Positions 27,066 to 37,499 of a DNA stretch of 64,000 nucleotides are shown one piece after another (position 1 is the first letter of the stretch; each line of letters begins with the position of its first letter). The notes beneath the pieces are model-generated. The model was not told the origin of the DNA, ran no database searches, and was given only the letters and a program-made list of their open reading frames with translations. The DNA comes from Octopus sinensis (Eukaryota). The translations under genes and the position numbers were made by a program. Where the stretch lies: positions 52,452,001 through 52,516,000 of the forward strand of contig NC_043003.1 of the NCBI RefSeq assembly GCF_006345805.1. Direction: 5' to 3'.

Positions 27066-27573
27066 CTTGAAATTGTAGTCATGGCCAGTGCTGCCTGACT
27101 GGCACCAGTGCTGGTGACATGTAATAAGCACCATTTGAGTGTAGGTCAATGCTAGTTCCACCTGACTGGCTCCCTGTGCTAGTGGTATGTAAAAAAGCAC
27201 TATACAAATGTGGTCAATGCCAGTGCCCCCTGACTGGCTCCCATGCCAGTGGCATGTACAGAGCACCATTTGAAAGTGGTCAATGCCAGTGCCCGCTGAT
27301 TGGCTCCTGTGCTGGTGACACATAAAAAACACTTACTATACTCTTGGAGTGGTTGGCATTAGGAAGGACATCCAGCTGCAGAAAACTTGCCAGATTAGAT
27401 TGGAGCCTGGTGCAGCCTACTGGCTTGCCAGTCCTCAGTCAAACTGTCCAACCCATGCCAGCATGGAAAACGGATGTTAAACGATGACGAGGATGATGAT
27501 GATATATCATTGGTAAAACAGAAATCCAAATAAGGAGCACATTCTAAGTTATAGAGCAGAATATGAAATAAAT

Positions 27574-27710
27574 AAAGTTAGATAAGGTTGATTTATGGAA
27601 TTACTCTGGGTTTCATGTTCATCTTCATAAAGCTCTTAGCCAACATAAGAGCTTTATGGAGATGAACATGAAACCCAGGGTAATTCCATAAATCAACCTT
27701 ATTTAACTTT
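27574..27710. repeat. Inverted repeat, 65-bp arms, 7-nt loop, 3 mismatches
   Basis: 27574-27638 pairs with 27646-27710. Confidence 0.97.
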
Positions 27711-27809
27711 AAAAAAAAATCACCTTTCAAAAACTGTATTAAGTAGTCATCATAGACTTTCAGATATATATATATATATATAATATATATATATATATAT
27801 ACTCAAAAT

Positions 27810-27867
27810 AGCAACAAGAATAACTTTGGTAATTTGGTACCAAATTACCAAAGTTATTCTTGTTGCT
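27810..27867. repeat. Perfect 58-bp palindrome with no loop
   Basis: agcaacaagaataactttggtaatttggt|accaaattaccaaagttattcttgttgct. Confidence 0.98.
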
Positions 27868-28543
27868 TATTTTGATTATAATCACCCCATGGATTTTTAT
27901 GGATAACACCATACAGAATTCTGGTGCATCTAAATTAAGTACCATATTTATTTTAATCTAAATTTTTGCTGAACTTATATATATATTAGAAGAAATGAGG
28001 TAATCAGAAGATCGGATGGTTTGTATTTACAGATATTTATTTATATATTACATTTTTTACATATATATCATATCACTTAGTTCATTAGCGCTTTCTCCCA
28101 TTCTAGTGGGGTTTTCAAATGAAAATAAGTTCCTTTACTGGGGATTTTAATCATTTTATAGTTTCTGGTTGTGGTGGGGAGGAATGTTAGACAGTACAAG
28201 AGGGTGAGGTGGATGAGGAGGAAGTGAGAAGGAGAACATGTGTGTATGTGTGTGTGCGTGTCACGCTTATACGTGAAATATTTGAAAAAAAAACCTTTTT
28301 ATCGGTTCAAAATGAACAACTAAATTACACCATCTTGAAAATTGTATATCATAGGAAAGTTAAAATTAAAGTGACAGTTAAAAAGTACAGATGAAGTAAA
28401 TTATAAAAATAATATAATGTATATAACAGGCAATATATATATATACACACACACATATATATATACATATACAGACGTATACTAAATGTTCTTCTATATT
28501 AGATAGTAAATCGAAAGATGTGTTCTTCAATGTCACTATATAC

Positions 28544-28659
28544 ATATATACATGCTTACACATGAAATATTAGAAAAAAACCTTCTATCGATTCAAAATG
28601 AACAAAATGAATCGATAGAAGGTTTTTTTCTAATATTTCATGTGTAAGCATGTATATAT
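28544..28659. repeat. Perfect inverted repeat, 52-bp arms, 12-nt loop
   Basis: 28544-28595 pairs with 28608-28659. Confidence 0.97.
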
Positions 28660-28864
28660 TTTTACCATCCAATTTTTACCATCCAGTGAAGTGTACACGG
28701 AATTACCCATTGGAAGAATTCATGGAGTGACCAGCAACATATTGTAGTCACAGATGTTAAATACTGATTGAAGTATTTAACTAGAACTTAACTTGGAGCT
28801 AATAAGGTATCTGCCTAAATAATATATATCCCCACAAACTCACTTTTACACACACACACACACA

Positions 28865-29800
28865 CAAGGGGCAATAAAAAATTGTCAGCACTTTTGTTAA
28901 AACTTAGTTTAGGTTGGCTATATTGATTTCAGCATTTGTGTGCTAAAAGGCAATATTTTTGTGGTTACATACTCAAGTTTTGACCTTGATTGCTTCAGCA
29001 TTTTTTCCCGTATTACAGAGAAAACATAGCCACTCCACTGGCAGTGTGCACCAAGGAAGATCAGAGATCAGTATCCGATTTCTCTGGTCTGAAGGTGTCA
29101 GGGGCTGAAATTTATTGCAAGTTATCAGTACAATATGAGAGCATTGAAAAGTTTAAAAATAGCTGGACAAGCATGAAGCATAGTGTGGGAGCAGGACGCC
29201 CATCAACCTCCACAAGTGACGTGAAGATTCAAGAAACTTGAGAAATGCTTCTGGCAAACCAATGAGTGACCATTGATGAGGTGGCATGTTCTCTGAGAAT
29301 TAATTATAGTTCTGTGTAACAAAATCACCCATGACAAGCTTTGCTTCCATAAAGTCTGTGCAAGCTGGGTGTCAAGAGAGCTTACCGAAGCACATAAGTG
29401 CAATTGTACAGAAACCTGTCAACACTTACTTGACCACCACAATGATGAAGGCGAAGCTTTTTTTTGAAGAGAACAGTCACAGGAGATGAGACCAGGGTTC
29501 ATCATTTTGAGCCACAATCCAAAACGCAGAATATGGAATGAAAATACATGGAATTGCCAGCGGAAAAGAAAATGAAGACACAACCTTCCACAGAAAAAGT
29601 GATGTTAACCGTTTTCTGTGGTGCAAAAGGGCCTATACTGGACCATTACATGGATAAGGGGTCTACAAAGTAATGCTGGCCAACAAACTGAAACCAGCAA
29701 TTCGCACCAAATGTCAAGGTATTGTTAAAGCAAGTGTGATTGCTGCATGGCAATATATGACCACATACAGCTGTCCACACAATTGAAACTATTGAAAAAT
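28865..29800 (+). mobile_element. Degenerate mariner, 5' two-thirds
   Basis: GAGRPSTS, KVCASWVSRELT, TGDETRVHHFEP and KVMLTVF motifs across frames. Confidence 0.85.
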
Positions 29801-29864
29801 TACCAAGTGTCAAACTATCCAACCCATGCCAGGAAGATGGACATTAAATGATGATGATGAGATA

Positions 29865-31377
29865 TGAGGAGTGTTCATTAAAGACTTTCTCTGACCCAAT
29901 TCCCAAGGACTGGGATAAAGGAAACTTGGCATAATTATTAGTCCTTCTCTACATAGCCACCACCAATGGTGGCACACTTCTCCCATTGCCTTATGTAGCT
30001 GTGAAGACCTCATCAGTAGCAGTCAGTAGGTTGCATCTGGAGCCAAGACTTTACCTAGGAAATATATTTCTTTACTACCCACAAGGGGCTAAACACAGAG
30101 GGGACAAACAAAGACAGACATAGGTATTAAGTCGATTACATCGACCCCAGTGCGTAACTGGTAATTAATTTATCGACCCCGAAGGATGAAAGGCAAAGTC
30201 GACCTCAGCGGAATTTGAACCCAGAACGTAACGGCAGACGAAATATGGCTACGCATTTCGACCGGCGTGCTAACGTTTTTGCCAGCTTGCCGCCTTCGGA
30301 AATAAGTTCATCATAATCTGAAAAGTGCTCCCTTTCAAAAAAGACTATATGGTTGGAAAGAGGTGAAAGTCAGATGGTACAAGGTCGGGAGAGTAAGGTG
30401 GTCGAGGAAGGATTTCATAGCTGCAGGAGTGTGCTTGCATCTGGGCAACATGCACATTGTGAATTGGGGCATTGTCTTGAAGGAGGTACACTCTTTTGCT
30501 CAGCATGTCATGCCTCTCAGCTTTGATAGCATCCTGCAATTTCTGCAGCAGAGAAGCATAATATGGCCCCATTAATTGTGGTACCTTTTGCTAGAAAATC
30601 TATCATCACTACTCTGCACTGGTCCCAAAAGACTGTGAGCATCACCTTGCCTGCTGAGGGTTGGACATGAGCCTTCTTTGGAGGTAGTGAGTTATCATGC
30701 TTCTATTCCTTCAACTGGACTTTAGTCTCAGGATCATAGTGATGGACTCCTGTTTCAACCTGTGTAAAAAGTCTGCTGTAAAAGTCCTCCTCGTTTTCTT
30801 TGCACATTGTCAAAAGAGTCTAGGAGCAATTGACTCGTTCCTGCTTCTGCAAAGGTGTGAGTATCTGAGCAATCCATCATGCAGACAACTTTTATCTGTG
30901 CAAATGGTTGTGAATGATTTTTTCCATGGACCCTACACTTATCTTCAATTCTTGGGCTAGTTGCCAAATACTTATGCAGCAATCATCCAAAATGGTGGCT
31001 TCTACTTTATGGATGGTGTAATTATCAATGGTGGAATGTGGTCATCTAGAAATAGGAGTAGTTTCCACCGATGTCCGACCACATTTGAACTGGCAATGCC
31101 AGTGCTTGACTATGTTGTATGATGATGCATCGTCACCATAAACTTCTTTCATCTCATCAACTTTTCAAATATAAGAACCTGATCATTGATCTACTTTCAA
31201 CTTCCTCCATTATCACGCTTTAGTCCACTTCAGCAGCTATAAAAGACAACTGAACACTAGTGGAAAGCTGCAATTTACAATCTGACATGTAGAAACATGT
31301 ATGATTATACCTGTACAAATTCCGTTACTGCAACAACCAGAAGTGGGTCAGGGGAAATCTTTAATGAACACCCCTCA
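29865..31377 (-). mobile_element. Degenerate mariner with both TIRs, carrying a SINE insertion at ~30066-30294
   Basis: TIRs tgaggagtgttcattaaagactttctctgaccca / tgggtcaggggaaatctttaatgaacacccctca, flanked by TA. LLQDNAPIH and PPYSPDLVPSDFHLF in ORF 30345-30572. Confidence 0.9.
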
Positions 31378-31600
31378 TATATATATATATGTGTGTGTGT
31401 TTAAGAATTTTAAAACTCACTTCTTTAACTTTCTAAGACATCTCAACACTTCTAAAGCAAACTTTGTTTGTTTATTTTCATCGTAATTTGAATTTAATAT
31501 ATATTTATATTTATATATAAGTGAAGTGTATACATACTCTTTTGGTATTGAGTACATTCTTCACTAATTTGTGAACAAGTGTTTTCTCCATTATCTATAC

Positions 31601-32005
31601 CAGTGGTTCCCAAAGATCTGTGGTCTGCAAAGGTAGTACTGAGGATACCTATTTCTTTACTACCCACAAGGGGCTAAACACAGAGGGGACAAACAAGGAC
31701 AGACACATGGATTAAGTCGATTACATGAACCCTAGTGCGTAACTGGTACTTATTTAATCGACCCCGAAAAGGTGAAAGGCAAAGTCGACCTCGGCGGAAT
31801 TTGAACTCAGAACGTAATGGCAGACGAAATACCACAAAGAATTTCGCCCGACATGCTAATGTTTCTGCCAGCTCGCCGCCTGAGAATACCATGAACGAAA
31901 TTCAAAATTTCATATATCTATACATAAGGATAAGCATATTAAAAGGGGTCTGAGGGAAAACTCATTTAAATAAAATCTTGATAGTGAAAAGGTTGGAAAC
32001 CACAG
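31601..32005. mobile_element. hAT-family MITE with nested SINE
   Basis: Ends cagtggttcccaa ... ttggaaaccacag; perfect 8-bp TSD atctatac at 31593-31600 and 32006-32013. Confidence 0.85.
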
Positions 32006-32619
32006 ATCTATACACACACACATACACATGAGATTACATGCTTCTGCACAAGAGACAGAGAGACTGAACCCAAAACCGCAAAGGTCACAAAGCAAACTTC
32101 TTAAACACATAATAAGGCCTGAGTCTAGAATGATATAATGGCCCATTTATAACAACAACAGAGAAGAACATGCAATGCTACTGCTTCTATCAATTCATGT
32201 CAGAGATAAGCGATTATTTTATAGTGTGTAACATGAAATGCAATGTTAAGCCTTGGATTTAAATTTCTGACATTACCTTTACAACTGTCTGTTATCAGTA
32301 AGAAACTAATATCTGCATTATAATCATTCAGTCAACAGGTCATGCCGGCTGATTTCCTGGAAATGAACTCAGGATACTTGAGTATTTTGAGTTTATTTCT
32401 AGGAAACTTTTAATGATCTTAGATACCATTTGGTAAAGATAAATACTAATAGTTTCTCTAATAGCATGCTGAGAGTAACACTACAAGCTTTCTTGTTGTG
32501 GGGGCTCCTGACATAAATTTCCTGTAAATTGAGCAATCATTAATTCCAGGCTTTTAATATTTTTCTTGTTGCATAAAAAAATAAAATCACAAATATCCTT
32601 GTTTGTATGATTTGAAAAA

Positions 32620-34745
32620 GAAAAAAAAAATGGAAAGAAATGATACTGACATGAAACAATAACACTTCATGGAAGAGCTGAAACAGTGTATCATAGCAAT
32701 AGCAAGTAAGCTTTCCAGAAAAGAATAGTTCAGCATCAACAGAACAGACTTTTTGAGACAGACCAGAGGAGATTTTATCACAAAATAAATAGTGTAGGAG
32801 AAACTACTGAAGATGAGAAATCTAATGCAGAAGAAACCGGAAAGTTCTGGAGTGATATTTGGGACAAGCCAATTAATGACAGAAATGCAGTATGTTAGTT
32901 AGTTAATTTGGCTCAAAAGCAAATAGCAAGGCCATGTAGGGGGACAAGGAGTTAAGTACAGGGTGGTGTTCATGTAAAGAGTTCAGGCCACTTGAGGTCA
33001 AGGGAGGCTTTGAACAAAGCGGTCGTCGGCATCTTCACCATCTCGTCTGGCAGCTTGTTCCACGGATCTGCAACCTGGACGGAGAAAGCTCCTCTCCTTC
33101 GATTGAGATGAAATCGTCGCAGGTAGAGCTTTTCGGAATGATCCCGCAGCCGACGCTCTGGAGCAGGAGTGAAGAACAGCTCTTTCGAGAGGTTACACTT
33201 TCCGCTTATGATGTTGTGGGTGAGAATGAGATCACCACGGCGGCGGCGTTTTTCTAGAGAATAAAGTTTGAGCGTCCTCAGCCTTTCTTCATAGGACAAA
33301 GTTTTGAGACCATGAACCATGCGGGTAGCCAGCTTCTGGACTCTTTCGAGATGCTGTATGTCTTTGAGGAGATAAGGAGAAGAGGCTTGAATCCCGTACT
33401 CCAATATGGGTCTCACCAGCATGACATAGAGTGGTAGGAATATGGCTGCTGTGAGCATTCCGAATGACCGTCGAATCAAGAACAGAATTCCGCGTGCTTT
33501 GTTGGCAGCATGGACGCACTGGGCTGAAGGCGAAAAGGAGGAATCCACCAAGATACCCAGGTCCTTTACCTGATCGGTCCTCTCTAGCAGCAGATGACCC
33601 GGCTCGAAATCAAGTTGAGTTGCAGGAGGAGAGCCAACAGGCAGATGACAGCACTTTGACACGTTAAGACACAGGTCCCATTTCGTTAGACCACTTCCAA
33701 ATTTGGTGGAGGCATCGACGAAGATCCTCTATATCACCGCGAGGAGCGACCAGTTTGATATCGTCAGCAAATAGAAGGGTGTGTTGCGTGAGGTCGTCGG
33801 GCAAGTCATTTATGAAGACTAAGAACAATAAGGGCCCAAGCACTGAACCTTGAGGCACGCCACTGCTCGCACTGGAGACGTCGGACCGCGAACCATTAAC
33901 TTGGACTTGGAAGGAGCGATCTGAGAGGAAGGCACCAACCCATCGTACAATATCCGGATGGAAACTACATGCTTGAAGCTTGACAAGTAATAGGCGGTGG
34001 TTTACCGAGTCAAAAGCTTTGGCAAAGTCCAATAAAACAATGTCAACAGCATCACTATCATCGAGGATGCGCGTCACCAATTCTTCCATTACCAGTAAGT
34101 TGGTCAAGCATGATCTCTTCGGCACGAAGCCGTGTTGGGAATCAGAGATAGAGGCTGTGTTTTGGAGGTGGAGCATCATACTTTTCTTAAGGATGGTTTC
34201 GAACATCTTGCTGATTATTGATGTAAGGGAAACCGGTCGGTAGTTAAGCGGGTCTTCGCGGCTCCCTTTCTTGAAAATTGGGCATATTATCGCTGTTCTC
34301 CAGTCCGCAGGTATAACACCCGTCGCCAATGACATATTGAATAGACGTGTTAAGGGCTCGCAGATGACCGGAGCCAACGCTTTGATAACCCGTGGGTGTA
34401 TGCCGTCAGGGCCGTGACCCTTGCTGACATCGAGGCCTTGAATAACACATTTGACAGTATGGTAAAAGAAAATGAGGGAAGACATAGTTAGTGAGAAGCA
34501 TCCAGATCTAAAACTATCGAGAGTATTAATGAGTAAAACGCTAGGAAGGATGCTGAATTGGAAGGGTCCAGGAATAGATTTAGTTCAAGGGTACTGGTTA
34601 AAGAAATTTAGTAGCTTACAAGAGGAACTGAAGGAAAGACTAGAAGATTGCCTGAATGGAGAAGTCATACCTAATTGGATGACTAGAAGGAGAATAGCAC
34701 TCCTTATGAAAGACAAAAGCAAGGGCAATATCACTGAAAATGGAT
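32620..34745 (+). mobile_element. Old R4/Dong-like non-LTR relic, split by the CR1/L2-type insertion (parts 32620-32894 and 34462-34745)
   Basis: The halves read ...QNRLFETDQRRFY...KFWSDIW... and ...NWKGPGIDLVQGYWLKKFSSL...PNWMTRRRIALLMKDKSKG, typical of the pre-RT region of RLE-type elements. Clade assignment is from recalled motifs. Confidence 0.65.
32895..34454 (-). mobile_element. Young 5'-truncated CR1/L2-type non-LTR retrotransposon (RT + C-terminal region + 3' UTR)
   Basis: ORFs 33664-34485 and 32970-33662 carry NYRPVSLTS, QHGF, LDFAKAFDSV, GVPQGSVLGPLLF, FADD, KDLGI and are separated by one extra A near 33680. (TAAC)n tail; 7-bp direct repeat cagtatg at 32888-32894 and 34455-34461. 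Confidence 0.93.
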
Positions 34746-36410
34746 GGTACATGTGGAAGAGGGGGATCCAAGAAGACATGGGATGAAATGGTAAGGACTC
34801 ATCTCAGGATGTTGGGTCTCACGGAGGAAATGACAATGGATAAGATCTTTGGTGATATCAGGTTCTTGAGAAAACCTACACATGTCAGCGAAACTGAGTT
34901 CTAGAAGCGCTGTGTGTTCCACCCTAACATAAGAAGAAGAAAACTTCTCACATACCCTACCATAACAAACCAAACTACATCAGTTCTCTTCCTTAGATTT
35001 CCACTTCATGCACTATGCTTACTTTCCACTCCTCAATCCTGTCATCTTGGCCCTGTCTCACTGTATCATTGCTATCCACTAGACTCCGATCTGTGTGTTC
35101 CACCCACACTTAACAAGAAAGCATTTTACACCCTACCCCAACAAACCAATCAACATCTTTTCTCTTCCTCACATTTCCTCATTCATGCACTATGTCTATC
35201 TCTCACTCCCAATCCTATCCTCATGACCCTGTTTCATTACTGACTGGTAGTCACCTCAACTGTATATACCCAGGTTTTCACCACTCACTTCCCCTCCCTG
35301 CTCTCTAATCACATCAAACACACACATAGAAACAAATTTTGGCAATATCCGGCTACTTATATTATGGCCTTCGAACTTCAAGGTTATAACCCTGGTACTT
35401 GCCATCATCTATATCTCTCTCTACCTTTACTCGACCATCCCAGTTATATTTTGATCACCTTCCCTTGTGTGTATACCCAGTACTTTGCCACCATCTCTAT
35501 CCTGATGTCTCCCACTCTCTCTCTCCTTCTCCTGCACTTCCCTCAGTTTGAATAACCATGTATCTCCTTTGTGGCAGCACACCTGTTTCTGTCCTCATTC
35601 TTGATCTCTCTCTCTCTTTCCAGCTGGGTAACCTTGTACCTCCTCTACAGCAAGACACCTGTTTCCGTCTTTCTGTTTCACTATAACCTTTCATCATCTG
35701 ACACAAGACCACCTACCCCAATAGCCCTTTCCTTCTCAAAAGACTTTTGTCTTGCAGGTTACTTGGTGACCCTGTCAGTGCAGGTGCCACTTAAAAAGCA
35801 TCCAATCCATACTGTAAAGTATTTAGTGTTCAGAAGGGCATCCAGCTGTAAAAACCTTGCCAAATCTGACCTCGTCTGTGCTTGTGCCATGTAAAATGCA
35901 CTAAGTCCACTCTGCTGGGTGGTTGGTGTTAGGAAAGGCATCTAGCTATAAAATTCCAGCCAAAACAGTCACAGAAGTCTGGTACTGGCTTCTGCATGGC
36001 TGGCTCTTGTCAACCGTTTCACCCATGCCAGCATGGAAGGTGGGCATTAAACAATGATGATGATGATGTGCACATTCATTATTCAGATCAAAGTAGCACA
36101 TTTTAAAACATTTTATTCTCTCAACAAAATCCGTTTTCTCACCAAGCAGGAAAATGAAATTAAGTAGTCTGACCAATCACTCTCATTTTATAAATAACTT
36201 GACTTATGTATTACCATAACTTTTTCTTTTTTTTTATCTTACTTATACAGAGACCACATTGTAAGATTTATACAGGTTAATACATTACTGTCAGTAGCTG
36301 GTTATTTCAAGAGTAAAACCACATCACACATTCCTTACCAAATTTGTTTCTATGAAATAAGTAGAAAAGAAAAGAAAAAAAAAAGCCACAAAAGGGCAAA
36401 CAAAACTTAC

Positions 36411-36514
36411 TTTGTTGTGAGAGACTTTGAAATATTTAATACTATTCCAGCCATATCAACCTCATAATAATTTCGTAGACAGGGGTCAGTTATTATGTTT
36501 GTGGTTGTAAATAC
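36411..36514 (-). CDS. BRCA2: BRCA2 exon, start of OB3; 104 nt, phase 0/2
   Basis: Acceptor ttctattatttataccag|GTA; donor CAA|gtaagt. VFTTTNIITDPCLRNYYEVDMAGIVLNISKSLTT aligns to human [22 protein letters not shown]. Confidence 0.92.
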
Positions 36515-37499
36515 CTGGTATAAATAATAGAAAATATAATCTTTAGTATGATTCTGAAATATTTGGATTTTATAGGTTCATTTCAGATCAAACACACAGA
36601 GAGTGATAGCTTCAATGCAGTAATAAACCCATCATCCATCAGCAGAATTATATATATAAAAAAGAAAGAAAATAAAATTAAAAAAAAAAAGTATTTAAAA
36701 AAAATTATATTACTTGTTTCAGTCACAGGACTGCAGTCATGCTGGGATACCAGCTTAAAGGATTTAGTTGAACAAACTGTGGCCAACCTGAGGCAGTGCC
36801 TTGAGGAATTTTAGTCTCTTTCTCTCTCTTTTTAATCATACAACCCTGCCTGCACCTCCACATATAAGAAATTAAAAGTCATATAACACAAGGGGCTTAG
36901 CTTGTGTATTTTTTTTTCTCCACTTCATCATAGAAATTCTAAATGTATGATGATTTTTGTCATCGGTAATGCAATAACAGCAGTTTGAAAGTAGGTTAGG
37001 TGCAAGTTGGAAGGCGGAGTTCTCTCTGTTGCTGTGAATGCTAGATGGCAAAAGACTATGATGAGTTGCAAGACAAGTTCATGCCAGGTCATCATGGAGA
37101 AAATGGGCATATGATGATGATGGTGGTGGTGGTGGTGGTGATCATAATAAGCATGTATAATATATATATATATATATACATACATATTATATATATATAT
37201 ATATACACACATATATACATATATATATATATGCTCTTTGACTTGTTTCAGTCATTTGACTGCGGCCATGCTGGAGCACCACCTTTAGTCGAGCAAATCG
37301 ACCTCAGGACTTCTTCTTTGTAAGCCTAGTAATTATTCTATCGGTCTCTTTTGCCGAACTGCTAAGTTACGGGGATGTAAACACACCAGCATTGGTTGTC
37401 AAGCGATTGGGGGGGGGGAGACAAATACAGACACACAAACACATATACACACACATGCATACATATATACATACATACATATATATATATAATATATTA

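Noticed and set aside
31300-31380. Exon-like segment with a donor-like signal
   Set aside because: It is the terminal inverted repeat region of the mariner at 29865-31377.
36515-36553. Upstream in-frame acceptor that would add NHTKDYIFYYLYQ, resembling human DEILFQIYQ
   Set aside because: That part of the protein (SEIYSPRK) is already encoded by exon 44128-44239; the segment is the polypyrimidine tract.
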